Source: Phoronis australis
Lineage: Eukaryota > Animalia > Phoronida
Direction: 5' to 3'
Length of the DNA stretch: 64,000 nt
Assembly: GCA_002633005.1 (NCBI GenBank)
Contig: NMRA01000175.1
Location: forward strand, 23,432-87,431
Shown in pieces: positions 1 to 56,382 of this stretch. The notes below the pieces were generated by a model. The model was not told the origin of the DNA. It made no database searches and saw only the letters and a program-made list of their open reading frames with translations. A program made the position numbers and the translations under genes. Position 1 is the stretch's first letter, and each line of letters begins with the position of its first letter.

Positions 1-793
1 GTGAGCCATTTTACTAGTTTGAATTGAAGTCACTTTGCTGGTAATTTGTGAATATTGCGAGAACTTTGAAGGAATGAGTAAACTTATCTCTTTGTAATCA
101 AGTGTTGTTCTTGGTTTTTGCTTGAATCAGTTTGGAATGCTGTTTAGCAGCTAGTTGATATCTGAATCGCTGGGAGAATTTTGGTATAGCTTCTGCCTGA
201 CCTAGTTAAGTGACCTGGATAAACCATGGAGTTTAAGAAATAAGTAAAGCTAATAAAAGCAGAAACGTGATGTCATTTTTGCTATGACCAAGAGCATTAA
301 TTGTTTATGATATGATGACATTGACCTACTCACATGATTTTTGTATCGTTCGATTTCGCCTATCGTTCTCATTCCAAAAATATATGACTGTGTCCCCTAC
401 CACATCCCCTCATTATTTTTATCGTCAAGTATCTGTTCGCACTAGTTCCAGGTTGACTCCGCCGTTTGCTCAACTCAAATTTACAGCGACACCAGTTGCT
501 AATGAATGAAATAGCATCATCGATTTTTGAATGGTGTTTGCCCATGTGATTCCCCCGAAAGTTTTCCTGAGAGAATATGGAGTAACAAGGGGCAGCATTT
601 CACCCTTTTCCATAAATTTTTAGAATTATGATTATGTGACCCAGTTTCCACAAAATTCTCTGAAATCAGGGTTTCCCCTGCGTGAAAACTTCTGGGTGGC
701 CCACCACGCTCTTTTTTGGCCCCGCCACTCGTAAATCATACTCAAATTGACCGCCACACACCAAATCATGACGGGGAAACTTCACCGACATGC

Positions 794-927
794 AAAAATC
801 GCTAGTAAAAATGATTGCTAATAAAAATGATTGCTAATAAAAATGATTGCTAATAAAAATGATAGCTAGTAAAAATGATTGCTAGAAAATGAATCGCTAG
901 TAAAAATGATCGCTAGTAATAATGAAT
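794..927. repeat. ~17-nt minisatellite (AAAAATGATTGCTAATA)n, about 7 units
   Basis: direct reading of tandem units. Confidence 0.9.
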
Positions 928-3077
928 AAGTACAAGTCACACGGCAACTTTCGCTGTTTGTGGATCGATAGGGAAAAATAATAATTTTGCTATGGGATCT
1001 TGAATTGTGCCCATTCAATCCCCAATCTCCTTTCGTACTTTGTTTCTGCCTGGTTATCCAACAATGCATATATACTTACTGTAATAAGCCGGGGACCAGG
1101 CAACGGCTTTGATACGAATTTTCTAAAATGGGAAAGCGCCTGGGCTCGCTAATGAAGTAAGAAACAGTAAGATTTCTGCTTCATTCATTTTATTGTGTCT
1201 GAGTTTACTAAAGACATTGTGAATTATACTGCAGGGCATGACCTCCAACTGTTTAATCAACCATAGCCCTGCGCCAAAATGACGATATTGAATGTTAACC
1301 AGTTTCAGATTCGTCTGCATGGACTGGATTATTACATCGTCTGCTATGCCGGCCAACGCCAATTCACTATCACTGATTTATGTTTAGCAAGACGGTATCA
1401 ACGGAAGTTTCGTTACACGAATTAGTCTACAAAGTTCAAATATTTTTTGTTCTATGTTTGTCACTTCGTGGATAACTGAATTTTAACACTGTTTTTTGTA
1501 CTCAAGTGCGACAGAGATCACGCCGGACACGTCATTGCCAAATTGTCTTGCGAAGTGTTCTTTACCCAGATACTTCCACTACATGATGCTCGGGTTAAGG
1601 TCTTGTCTATGTTGTCTATGATGAGCAAACTGCACCCAATTACATCTAATTTTCAAATTTTGCCTGGGGAAGGTCATCCCGTGCTCGCATGTGGTGCCGG
1701 GTTCCGCATCCGCGTCGAGCATTCACCACCACGCTCCTTTCGAAACCCAGCTAATAGGGGATCCCATTTCTCACATTCGCGTGCGTCAATGGGCTTTGCA
1801 CTCCGTTTTGACCATTCACCACCACGCTCCTTGCAAAAGCCAGGGGAAACACTGGAAGTGATACCCGTTTCACCAATTTGGACCTCGAAAACAACCCCGT
1901 TTTTTGCAGATTTTTGTTAGCGGATAAGTACCAGGGTCACCATAGGAATTTGAACCCTTGTGACCGTAAATCAGGGCCAGGGTGTTTGCTGGCTTGAACT
2001 TATGAAGAGCAATGCTCTGCAAAATATGGGTCGTTAGATTAGTTTTTCAGTTTTTGGTCGCCAATTGAACCATCCCATTCAACATGGTGGTATTACTATG
2101 GGGAAATAGTGCGAGCAGAAATTTGATGATGAAATACAAAGGGAACGAGGTAGGAGACACTTTCGCTACAGGACAGCCTTCAGTGGGTCTTTACTTTCCA
2201 AGATTAAAACTTACCAAAGGCGTTTGAATTTAGTAGTTGATAGTTGATGAGCTGAAACTTTGTTAAGTCTTAATTCTAAGGTTAACACTTTTTCACTCGT
2301 TTCTGTTGTGCAAATACAGCACTAACTTCCATAAGCCGGAGGTGAGTCAAGAAAAACGCAAAATTATCTTCTATTTTTGTTGATTTCATGAAATATGAAC
2401 ACAAAATGTTATTTCCGGATAGTAAACTTTGGATTCGTCAAATACAAGCTGTCTCTCACTAGCCCCGTAGGTTTGACTAGTGACCTGGGCCTGTCACACT
2501 CACTGTACGGCATGCAGGTCTAACATTTTTCTATAAATTACGCTTCACCCTGGCTAAACCACCATAATTCGATTTGAGTGTAAAGGGACACTTTTGGAGG
2601 CTGTAGACGTCTTTGAATCCTTCCAACTTTAACAAATAAACTTTAACACTGAAAATGATGGCTTTTTGCTGATACGTCTCTTCATATGTAAATGAAGTTG
2701 ATGAGAATGTTTAACCTCCGTTACTTTCAATTTACTTGAGGTGCTGCGGAAAGGTCTAGAGGGTTTTGTGGAGATCAGCCATTTGGCAGCCATGCTGAGG
2801 GGAGGCAATATTGATGGAAGATGTCTGTACATCCTAATCCATTCTGTACACTGGAAGATTTTTCTGCAAATTACCCTTTGCCTGAACGCTTTCTAAATTA
2901 CCAAAAATCCTGTTACTTTGTGCTTCTTTTGAATGTAGGTGGACACCTTTGGAGGCAGTTAGTTTGAATATTTGAGTTCGGACAAATATTCGTGCAAGTA
3001 TCATCTCTTCCAAAAATTCTTTCATGCTGTCAATGAAATTGCAGTCCATTTACTTGAGGCCAAATGGAAACATACAG

Positions 3078-3902
3078 NNNNNNNNNNNNNNNNNNNNNNN
3101 NNNNNNNNNNNNNNNNNNNNNNNNNNNNNNNNNNNNNNNNNNNNNNNNNNNNNNNNNNNNNNNNNNNNNNNNNNNNNNNNNNNNNNNNNNNNNNNNNNNN
3201 NNNNNNNNNNNNNNNNNNNNNNNNNNNNNNNNNNNNNNNNNNNNNNNNNNNNNNNNNNNNNNNNNNNNNNNNNNNNNNNNNNNNNNNNNNNNNNNNNNNN
3301 NNNNNNNNNNNNNNNNNNNNNNNNNNNNNNNNNNNNNNNNNNNNNNNNNNNNNNNNNNNNNNNNNNNNNNNNNNNNNNNNNNNNNNNNNNNNNNNNNNNN
3401 NNNNNNNNNNNNNNNNNNNNNNNNNNNNNNNNNNNNNNNNNNNNNNNNNNNNNNNNNNNNNNNNNNNNNNNNNNNNNNNNNNNNNNNNNNNNNNNNNNNN
3501 NNNNNNNNNNNNNNNNNNNNNNNNNNNNNNNNNNNNNNNNNNNNNNNNNNNNNNNNNNNNNNNNNNNNNNNNNNNNNNNNNNNNNNNNNNNNNNNNNNNN
3601 NNNNNNNNNNNNNNNNNNNNNNNNNNNNNNNNNNNNNNNNNNNNNNNNNNNNNNNNNNNNNNNNNNNNNNNNNNNNNNNNNNNNNNNNNNNNNNNNNNNN
3701 NNNNNNNNNNNNNNNNNNNNNNNNNNNNNNNNNNNNNNNNNNNNNNNNNNNNNNNNNNNNNNNNNNNNNNNNNNNNNNNNNNNNNNNNNNNNNNNNNNNN
3801 NNNNNNNNNNNNNNNNNNNNNNNNNNNNNNNNNNNNNNNNNNNNNNNNNNNNNNNNNNNNNNNNNNNNNNNNNNNNNNNNNNNNNNNNNNNNNNNNNNNN
3901 NN
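3078..3902. other. assembly gap (825 N)
   Basis: run of N. Confidence 1.
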
Positions 3903-6900
3903 GAAATTTTCGCGACCTGGAATTTATGAATGCGAGCTGGATTTTGAAAATGCGACCTAGGATTTTGGCTCGGTCTCAAAATGCGACCTGTCGATTTTCA
4001 TAGCGTCGAGCCCTGGACTGCCATCCCGAGAGGAGGCAGCGCATGTTTGGACCTGTTTAGAGTAAATCCAACTTGAAAGTTTCAAAAAAAATTCAACACG
4101 TATATTGCAAAAGGGATTGCTATTGTCTAAATAAGTTACTTTACGAGCAAAAAAAACCTTCTGTAGCAATTGCATTTTCTGACAATTAATAGCAAAGCAA
4201 TATATTAGATTATCACTGAAAATAAGTCAACAAAATTTTACCCAAGTATCTTAGTTTACAGCCATGCTTGTCACCTCTGTGTATTGGTTTCTCTTTACAT
4301 GGAACAGTTAAGTTTTCCTGTCCTGTAGTACTAGTGCAGGTTCTTGAGGACGAACACAGCTATTTGGTTGACAATGTAACCTCTAAGACAGTGTAACAGG
4401 GATGTCCCCTAAAATCTCACCTTTTTATAGTTTTATCCCTTCTAAATTGAACTGGCCTCTTATGAAATGAATTTTGATATACAGCTCAATATCACTCTAT
4501 CAAATAGTCAAGAATAACCACAGTTTCCGAGATAATATTTCATCTACTGTTTTGAAAAGAATGCTATGTCTCACTGGGTGTTTCCAGACTTTGCAGTCTG
4601 CGGTAAGGACTTCCTTGCATGACCTTGTTACTCCTCTGAAGAGTAATTTTGGCAAATTGTTTTCATCAAGGGATATTCCTTGAGGTCTAAATCCTGTCAT
4701 GAATAGATAATGGTGTAATGTGACCCATTCATGTCAAATGTTGTTGCAACACTCCACTAAAATTTCTCAGCAGTGACTTCACCCCCCCTCCCCCCCGAAC
4801 TATTTCATAATAATAATAATTCAATAATTTTAGAAATCGGCAACTGGTTGTCATAAGAAGCGATTAACTAACCTACAAGTCAAGTCGTGAACAGACTTTG
4901 TGGAAAGATTTTCGTTATTATAACAGCTGAAACTTGCCAAATGTTGTAAAACAAATCACAACAGCTTGAAATAGATCCTGTTTAATAAGTTCTCTAACTA
5001 TCTGAAGTTCAAGAACCATTGAGTACACCTCAATACTGAGCTCATTCATGGCTTTTTCTACATTTTTGTAGACAAAACAAGTATGTTGCTATAACATGCT
5101 TAATTCAGTTTCTTTATTTCCTCTAGAATAATAGCTATTTGTTAGCAAATGGGCATATTCTGATTATTACCTGAATGCAGGTGTACTTGCATTCCACAGT
5201 GAAATGACCTGTTGGCCTTTGACCTCATGAGTCATCAACCACTACAGGGATATTATATGACAGGTCCTTTCAGCTTGCCTGTCTCATACACTGATGGCAA
5301 TCTGCTTCTGTCTTGCTTCAAATGGGGTCAAGTGAATTCAACCCCTCTGTTCAGAGCTGTTGTCAGTGCCTGATTGATAGCCACCCAACAGTGTGGACCT
5401 CCGAATTTTGGTTCAAATGTCTTGAAACTTGTTTTCAAGTTGTTAAAATTTAGGCAAGATGTTTAGTTATTACCCAGTGAGTTATTTTTGTGAGTTTCAT
5501 CACTTACAAGTAAAAAAATAGGTCAACAAATATTAGTTGAGTTACCAGGCTGCTGAGATGCCAAAATCATTGTTGGCCTCTCATGTCTGGATGGCTATAT
5601 TCATCTCGAGCATCCCTTATTTCTACACGCTGATGAGCTTGCGGCGCTGATGAGCTTGCGCTGGAAATTCTTTCATGTTATCAACAATATGTCAAGTGGA
5701 GAAATGAGGATTATGATAATTGCATTACAACATAAAGTGCTTTCACTAGGTGCAGTGTTCTCCATAACTGAACACCTGTGTCAGATGTAGGCAAACATCA
5801 GCGAGCATGCCAGAATTGCGTAGCCGCCAATGTTCTCTGTCGCGTAAAAGTACTTGCAGTTAGGTCCATATTTACCAGCCTTGTTACCTTATTATGCATT
5901 GTAGCGAAAAACAATTTTCGTTCAAAGCACTTATGCCGACAAACTGATGGCAAACTATTTACGGGGACATTGCTCACCTTTTTTGTAAATATGACTGTAC
6001 CTTCTGAGGGTTTTTTGTTGAGAGGAAAATCCCCCCCCCCCNCACTGGCAATGCCTCAAGTAACCAAAGTTAACATTTTTCAGAAGTGATTCTAACCTTG
6101 ATATTAATTAAAAAATCTCTTCTAATGACTGGAAGGGAATTTTTTTGGTCTGATTAGGGAAATTTAGCATGATTTTTCAATCTTACATAGGTTATTGGGG
6201 CCAATAGTCAGCCCAAATATTGAGTGTCCTGAAATCACATTTGTATATTTACAAGCAGTATCTATCAATGCTCTCCACATTGGAAAATTTTAACTTTGGG
6301 GGATGCATTCAAATATCTCTTGATCATTCAAACATCTCATAAGTGCTGGCAGACATGGCTCAGTGACACGTTTAATCAGGTCACGGAGTGTCTCTTAAAG
6401 GCGCATACAGCGATGAGGTGAAGTAAAAAATAGTAACTTCAAACCAGAAAACATTAAGTTTATGCCAGCAAATCAAATTGCAGAACCATACAGTGATCTC
6501 GATCCAATTAATCGTGTAAAAATAGGGTAATAGTTGTATGTAACGTGCCGCATTATGAGAACCAGTTTTCTCCACTGAATAACGGGCATCAAACTGGTTC
6601 TCAAAATGAGTGCACATTACATTCGACTATTGACAAAATAGGGTTACAAGCCTACTGTATCAAAAACTCCATTTCCATATCAGAAGCAGAGCTTTTAGAA
6701 ATTGTGCTATGTGCTGCTTTAATTCCCAGGATAGTTGAAGACCAGACTGTTTTCATACATTTATCCAAATGATTTAGTGCTAATATAATGGTTGTTTTCT
6801 TATCCTGTTGTCAGCTTAGTAGACAATGAATGGAGAAAAATTTATTTTGGAAGCTACATTCTCAACTGACTCAACACTGTGGTTTATAATAAAGAATCAG

Positions 6901-8917
6901 ACAGGATGTGGTTTTATGAAGAACTCAATAATAAGCCTTGTTCAGTTTTTGACACCAAGTTGACTTGAACAGATTAGTGCAGCATAACTGCTTGCTGAGC
7001 TTGAAATTAAACTCTGAATTGATGAGTTGGCGGCTTGTTTTTGTTTTTCAGCAGAAAAGGTGTTGCTTTGGTCAGCATTGGTCATTCATTACTTGTTTTA
7101 TCTGTGTGAAGTTACTGTTTGGAAGCTAGGTTTGGAAATCAAAAGAAACTTTGGAACGAATTTCAGAAGATTTATTGTCTAACTTTGATAATGGCAGTGG
7201 TGACTTTGGGGAGACTTGGGATTTTTCCTTGGTCACCGTGACAACCTGCAGCACTGTTCTGTCTGTAGATCAGCACAGCAAACCTCATAACACACAGTCA
7301 TTTTCAGTAACTTCTCAAGTGTCTATTCTAAGTGTGGTGGTTATGGCAGAAAAGTTGAAGAGTTGTGTCAATGTGGCCAGTAGGCCTACCATGAATTCCT
7401 GTTGACGAATCTTGTCCTATGATCAGCTGAGCCTTTGCACGGCAAATCTGCCAGGAAGGCATAAGGTGGTGAGAAGAAGGTTGCTTTGTGCATGTGTCAT
7501 GAGGATATTGCCCTGGTGTGAACTAAGTTGTTCAAGTGCATAGTCGATAAGTACTGCCTGTTTAATACTGCTTCTGTAGGGATTCGGATTTTCCGTTTTT
7601 AAGAACATATCTGTTTTAGCAAGCACCAAATTAGATTTCTTTTCCTTTTGCAAATTCGCACAAATTCCATTTTACTATTTCCAAGTTGTTGTTGGCATAA
7701 AAGTGATCTGGAAATTGTGTTACTTTTTCAGCTGAATTATGCTGCAGCTCCGTTTTACCGATCACTTGTTGTACACTATGATTTTTGTTCGTCCAATCCA
7801 GAAAAGCTACCGATGAACAGTGTCGCCTTCAGGGAACGTAAGATCATATTTATGTCTGGTCTTACCGAAAAAATTTATCCAGTTTGGAACAGTTTCTAAA
7901 GTTTGAGGCAACAAAATTCGAGCTGAAATGGGGTTCTCTTGTTTCTTGAGTGGGACATGGGCGATTTTGGCGTTCATCTTATTTCTCAGACCGGACATTG
8001 CATTTATTATCAACGAAGTCTGAAAATAGACTCGGCAGTTCATGCATTCGTCAAAAATAAGAAGCGCCCCAATAGTGTGTAACATGGAAGTGAATTGTCT
8101 GTGTTGTTGATTGCAATTCTTAGGTTTGGGACGTACAATATTGGCTATTTATTTTTGATACAACTCCTGCCTTGAGCAAAATTATCAACTTTCGCAGTCG
8201 CTAAGTGGCAAAATATATCGTAAGTTACTTTTCATGAAACTGGCTTCGTGGTCTCCACTTATGTTCTCACTGACTTTTGTGCTGGAGCGAGTTGATTCGA
8301 CACTCGTTGATTCTCTGTTGAAGGGAATGGGCTAGTTGTCACACCCCTGTTGGGTTGGTGTCGTCTTAATTTTGGTCCAGTCTCAGAGACCCTGATTTTC
8401 CCTGAAGCTGCTCAATAGATGTAATTCAATGGTTTTCTCTGTTGAGCTTACGCCTTCACATGTGTTCATTAATCCCAACATGACCTCAATTTCACGAAAT
8501 CTTGGTGTGGACATTTTAATGGAGTGGGAAGAAGTTTCCCTTGTGTGGGGTCCATGGTACTGTATTGTAAGCCTAGCTTCATTGAAGCACTCATGTTTTA
8601 AAAAGAAGTGTATTGGCTTGTTAAAGATCACTTTTAATTGTTTAAAGTAATTTTATGCTGAAAAAAGTACCGTTTGGTACTATATCTATAGCTTGTAAAA
8701 ATACAGTCATTGTGGTCATTATCACTTACTACATGTCCTCTATGACATTGGCATCCTAAGTGTTTGGCCTTGGTTTGAACTATATGTATCTATATACGGT
8801 TGTCTTAATATAATCCAAAATTACCATTGATCAATTGTGAAGCTGTGCTGAGATGTCAGGTGTCTGTCTGTGTTGTGGATCTGTGGTAATGTCTATTTCT
8901 CTGTTGTTGTATTACAG

Positions 8918-50176
<41,259 letters not shown>

Positions 50177-53100
50177 CTGTGAGCGTGATTGTGACTGAAG
50201 ATAATTGTTAATACCGCCTGGCAATATCCACCAGGCTAAGAGAACATTGCTCTTCGTTGTCTGTGGGTTAATAGTCTTGCTGTGGCTGTGCCTTTGTGGT
50301 CTGCTGTCAGTCGGTTGTTAAGAATTTTTGAGCGTCTTAAAATATTCTCTGAAGTTGACAAGAATGCAATACTTCGGCACGTACACTCAACCTAAGTTGT
50401 TGTTTAGTTCTACTCAGTCGTCGTATGACAGTGCTGTTCATTTTCTAGTGGTCTGCTCTCTGTTCACGGAGTACTGTCTTGAATTGATTCGAGCCTTTTG
50501 CATTTTATGCCATTCTTCCTAATTACACCACGTCGTCTTTAGATACGTAGGACTCATCTCATGTGTTAAGATGAGGCAGGTATTTCTGCGATTAAGTCCA
50601 ACCTTCTATTTAGACTTAATGGAGGGAATGATAGAAGATTGTTCTTTTGGCTGATCAAAGTCTCATGGTGTATAATTTCCTGTAGCTGTTATCATATGCG
50701 TTAATTTTGTATAAATTGACAGGTAGATCTATATATAATATATATTTATATCCTTCTAAGTCTTAATTGTGGTAGCATGAAGCAATCGTTGAAGACTATA
50801 AATCTCTGAGATATACTGATTTACATTGTTTTGTCGACTAGTTGCCTCACCATATTATGAAGCCTGGCACATGCTGCTACTGTCTAGCTTACCAAGGATC
50901 TTAAGCGCTTTAAGAATCATGAGTCATCACAACCATAAATTGAAACAAAGGACGCAAATGCCGCTCATTTTCCAGTTGACTAGCTCCAGTGGTAATTGAG
51001 TGCTTCTTTGTCTAGCTGTGTACCCGTGGGATTATTGTGTGCGATTGTGGTCAGGTCTTCAGTTTTACTGGATTCTGAGTAATGTATATTGGACGACACG
51101 ATTTGTGACACCAGTCAGGTATATAGTTTACTATATTGACCCAGACCACTGTTTTTCCTGTGTTGATTATCTAGACTTTCACTCCGAAAGTCATGAGCTA
51201 TTTATTTTGTATGGAGTTACTCCACAGGAACTCCTGGGGAATTAAAGTCTTCATACAATTTAAGCTTCAGTGGCTCATAATGTTTTCCACTAAGAGTATT
51301 TGTTGTAGAAAAGGGCAGGTTTTGCTAAGTCTTTGGACCTGTTTTGTCAGGCTGTATCAGATTAGATGATTAGAACATGTTTGGGACTTAACATAGTCTT
51401 TCCTTTCTTTTTACCTTAAAATGTTTCATCGAATGATTAACTCCTCTTGAATGGGAACATTTAGGCGATGGTAATGTATTCTCGCTTTCAGTGTTCTGAA
51501 TTTACACGCAGTAAAGTTCGGTATTGTTCACTTCAGCGTAATTTTGTTGGTGTATTATCAGAAATTATACTTAAAATTCAATATTAAATTCCGTTACCTT
51601 GAAACATTTTGATGTCATGTTGAAAGACCATCTTTTTGACTACGCTGATTTGCTTTCAGATTTGTCTTGTGAAATATTTAACTAGAGCGTAGCAGAATTT
51701 CACAATTGGTCAGATGTGAAGTGGTTGTAATCCATGGTTTAACAGTGGTTGTGCTTTGGCTTTATGGTATTACTTAAGGTGGGCTTTAAGATTATCAGCT
51801 CATTGCCTAAACGTATGTATATAATATTGTGTAGTGATTAGCTGACTCTAGATGGAGATTATTAGCGTAACAGTTACACTCTGATGTAAATATGGATTGA
51901 TAAAGTTTCCAATATGCAAATAAAGTTCAGGGTAAAGGATGAATCGATCAGAGGCTCTTGCTTTATTTCGCACTGCGTTACTGTGTCTAGCAGTCAAAAC
52001 TGCACAGTGCGTAATGTTACCATGTAAACACTACCGTATTGCCTATTGTGCAAACTTGTGCTCTTCTGCCTGTCTTTCCTTGGCAAAATTAAGCTGGAAC
52101 TTTTTTGGGGGGAGCAATGTGGCATCTTTGGAGGCGCAGCTCAAATTATGTACACCCCCACTAACTTTGGATTTTCACATTTGAGGCAAATATTTGATAA
52201 TGTATCTGTGACAGTTTGTTGTCTTTAAAGGTATAAAAGCACATGAAATATATACTGGAATTGAGAAGTGCATCTTGCCATCTCTCCGCTTTTATTGTAA
52301 CCATAGTGTGCTAATATTGGACAAGCTGCTGACATCAGACAATGACTAAGCCGAAGACCGCCCTGCACCGAGTGTTGGCGCAGCCACCACAAACCTGCTA
52401 TCAAAAATATTGTCTATCCAAGATGTCATGCCACAAATCGATGTGGTTGTCTATTTATATAACACCTGTCGTGTTGGTGAGAGATTTGTCTATTATGTAT
52501 GCGACTTCTCAAATCATAATTTGAGCATCTTTAACCTTGACCAAACTCAAAGTCTAGCTTTTTGTGGAAATAACTTCTGCCATTCCACTCCATGTGGCTT
52601 TTGTTCTGAACGGGCAAATAGTGCTTTTGTGTGCTCTCCTACCTGATGAGGTAAATTCTAGAATATTAATGTTCATCGCGAACATCTGGAATACTAACTC
52701 TGATCTTGGAGAGAATAGTCCCGCGCTAAGTAGAAAAGGTATGTCATATCTGTGGAATATCTGATGACCTCGCATAATTTGTGGCTAAGTTTTGGTTCAA
52801 GTTTTTGTGAACTGGTAATCTGGTCAAAAAGTAGAAAATGTGAAGGTAAAACGAAGATTAAAACCAGTGACATGTTGATTAAAATTAGCAACAAGACAGC
52901 TTTCCATCGGTTTTCACCTTCATTTTCAGGATTGCTCTGTCATCTACTTTTTCGTTTGGTTTCAGTTGGTTAAGTCATATTAGTGTTTTGTTTTCACAAA
53001 TGTATTGGCAATTTGGTGTTGTGTTTTCACAAGTGTGTTGGGAATTTTGTAAAAAATGAAGGTTGAACCCATTGATTATCCTAAAAATTAAGAAATACAC

Positions 53101-56100
53101 AACTCTAGATTTCTCATTGACCCAGTCTGACTGGTATTTTCAAAATGGGGTCTGTGTACAAGCCCATTTTGCAATACCGCAATAAAATCTCTTTGTTGGC
53201 TGAGGCATACTTAGAGACTTCTGTAAATATTTGCCAACCGTTTTGACATAAATCGAAGATAGTTTTTTAATGGGTAGGTCTACTTTGGGGTAGTAATATC
53301 AGCTGAACAAAACTTAATAACATTTTAAAGGCTGCCATCCCACTAAGGCTATGAAGTGTATGCCCAGGTTCTGCCTTGTACATGATAGGTCTCTGCTTGG
53401 TCAGTTGGTTGTGGTTTGTGTGAGGTGCTTTCTGAGAATTCAGACTTTCACTTTTCTAGTTATCCACACAAAGATGATGCTTATGTTAAGAGTTGTGTGG
53501 TTTGGGACAATATGATGGGAAGTGGACTTTGTAATGTTTATTTTTGAACAAAAATTAGATGAGAATTTTACTCTGTTTTTAACATGGTTCATCTGATATA
53601 CGTCACCAGGCAACATTAATTATTGACAATTTTTTATTACCAATCCATGGACCGGTAAATATAGCATTTTATTTTTGTCATTAATTTATAACTTACATTG
53701 TAATACTGAACGTACCAGTAAAATTATAGATCCTATTACAACCTATTATTGGCATGGCAACAAACAATAAAATGTCTTCAAAGAGTTGCACGTGGACCCC
53801 GCTACAGTGTTCATTTTATGTGATCTTGTTCAAAATTATGTAGTGCCCAAAAATACTGATTTTTAAATTTGGCTTATTTTGGAGCATCGTGTGTCACTGT
53901 AATGCACCACGTTCCTCAGGCTGCTAATGTTATAATCAGACCCATCATAAACACACTGGAGGTGACAGTAAATGCTTTTAAATTTTCTTTTTGAAAGTTT
54001 GTAAATAGCATATTTCAATAGTCTGTGAAAAGTACACATGATTAAGTTTTGAATTTTGAAAATTGGACAAAAAATGTGACTTGTAAACCGTTTGTTTAAT
54101 GTTGCCATAGTATGTTCCTCGTTAATTCTGCTGGGTGTGTAACATAGTTGGGCCAATTACCAAATCACCAAGCAGCAATTGGATTTTCATGTAAGCCAAG
54201 TGTCATACATTTCTTGGCATACACTGGGGGGTTGACAAGATTTACCTAGTTCGAAACTCCCCCCCCCCCACGGCTCCATTTCGTCCATGCACTAGAGTTC
54301 TACACTATGGTGGTCATATTAATTTTGTTGATTTTGGAAACTGATCACTTTTGTTGCTTGTTTTATTTTTTGTGGATTTATGTATCTGGTGAGAACAATA
54401 ACTAGCTTCAATCAAAAGTTGGATTTTGAGAGACGGCACAGGTTCATTGCCCCTTTGTTTAGATTTATGGTGAATCTTCTTCAGCGCCGCACTAAGTGGC
54501 TGTAAAGTGGATTTTAGTGGGTCAAACTTCCGAACAAAAATGACCCTGGAGAAATTCCACATCGTTTTGGCCAAGTTTGTACTTTGCAGCTAATCGCCTT
54601 TGTAAAACAGTATATGCTACCGTGTTTTTACGGTAAAATCTCACCATTGATCTTTTTTCAAAGGCTTTGAACATTGTTTTGAATACTGTGACAATTTCTC
54701 AAAACAATGATCTGATAATTATACCATAGAACGTTTGAATAAGTAGAGCAATTTGGTGCTCCTTGTTTTTCATGAAAAAATGGAAGTAAGATTTCACTAA
54801 AGTTTGCCATTTTCTGTCCCACATTGGTGATATTTTACTATAAAAACATTGGCAATTGTAGTTTTAATAAATTCAGTGAAGAATTACTGTACTTCGACCA
54901 TTCTTGTTGTTCAATACGAGTCATGGGTCCTTTACCAGTAGTTGTTTTATACTGGTTATAAGTTCTTTAACACTACACAGTGTTGTCCATTGTGTGTAAT
55001 AGTTATTTCACACATGTAGCTCTGACCTCTTTTCTTTTGAAGTTCCCTCACTTTTGATGACATTATCAGCAAACTGGATCTGCTTGCCACTAGATGTCAT
55101 TGTCCTATATTTACCCTGGCCATGTGAGCTGGAATTTTTCAAAAGACTTCACCAATCAGATAGGTGAACAACTGGAAATCACTGCTGGCCTCCAAAGATC
55201 TGTTAGAGATTGTGTTTGTTGAGTAAATATAATGCTGAAAGACCTGCAAACAAATCGTTTAACAAATACTTGATGTTTTTCTTATTCATTGTACCATGTA
55301 AATAGTAATACCTCTAGTTGGTTTAGATTAGCTGACATTGTGGTCTAATTTGCCTTTTGATATTTGTATTGCTGTGGTTCTAACTGGTGGGGCTACTCCA
55401 TAATGCATTTAAAATAATAAAAATTCTATACATTTCGGATGATTTTTTGAAGTCACTAGTTCATTCCGGCAGAATGCAAGCATTTGTTTTCTACATTAGA
55501 GAAGGTTAATTTTTCTTTGAAAACAGCTTTTCGTCATTTTCAGGTAATTGCAGTTTTCGAGTGTTAGCACTGAAAAATGTATTTTTTGTTCCTTTCCCAA
55601 CATTAAAATGTATTTTTACTAGTGGTTTAAAAAGGTTTAGCTCTGTTGTTGGCTAGTCAGTTTCGGTTCCTTCTCATTCAGGTCTAAGAAGCACTTCACT
55701 TGATCACTTCGACTGAGTTGCCCCCCAGGAAAATTTTAACCAGGCAGCTTTCTCATTCAAGTGGAAGTTGGCTTTGGAATGTTATTTCTTGGCGGTGCTT
55801 CAACTACTTTACATTTACTGGTTTCCGTGTTCTCTTTCTCAGTGTCGCCGCCGATGATAATTTCAGAGGACTAATTATTGAGGTAGGTGTTCCTTGTGTT
55901 TTTCCGATGTCCACATGCAGACAAAGTGACCATGTTTAATAGGTTTAATGGTTCTTTCGTCTCGTGCGTATAGCCAGTTTGTTATTTTACTGGTGGCTTT
56001 TGATGGAAAGAAGGAAAATCAATAACTTTATGAAAATTGTGCATTTTTATTTTTATAAGCACATCTGTAACAGAATCCAGATACGTGTTTGGTGTTGAGC

Positions 56101-56382
56101 AAATATTTGTTGTGGGCTTCCGCTACCACAAAGCTATCTAAATTGGGCTGTAGACCTGTCTTATCAGTTAATCCCAGGTTCCTTGGGTCACAGGTATTAT
56201 AAATCGATGCGATAAAAACTTCATTCGATAAAAAACTTGGCCTACAAAGTCAAAACCTTTCTGGTTATTAAAAGATCATCATAATAAAAATAGAATTTAT
56301 TAACAGGTTTTAAAACCAGTGTTCGTTAGGAACATGGTATTGACTTAATGGTCCAGGTGGGGTAGAAAGATTACCTTGATAA

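Noticed and set aside
2972-4003. Four ~300-aa ORFs in the track
   Set aside because: Artefacts of translating through the N gap.
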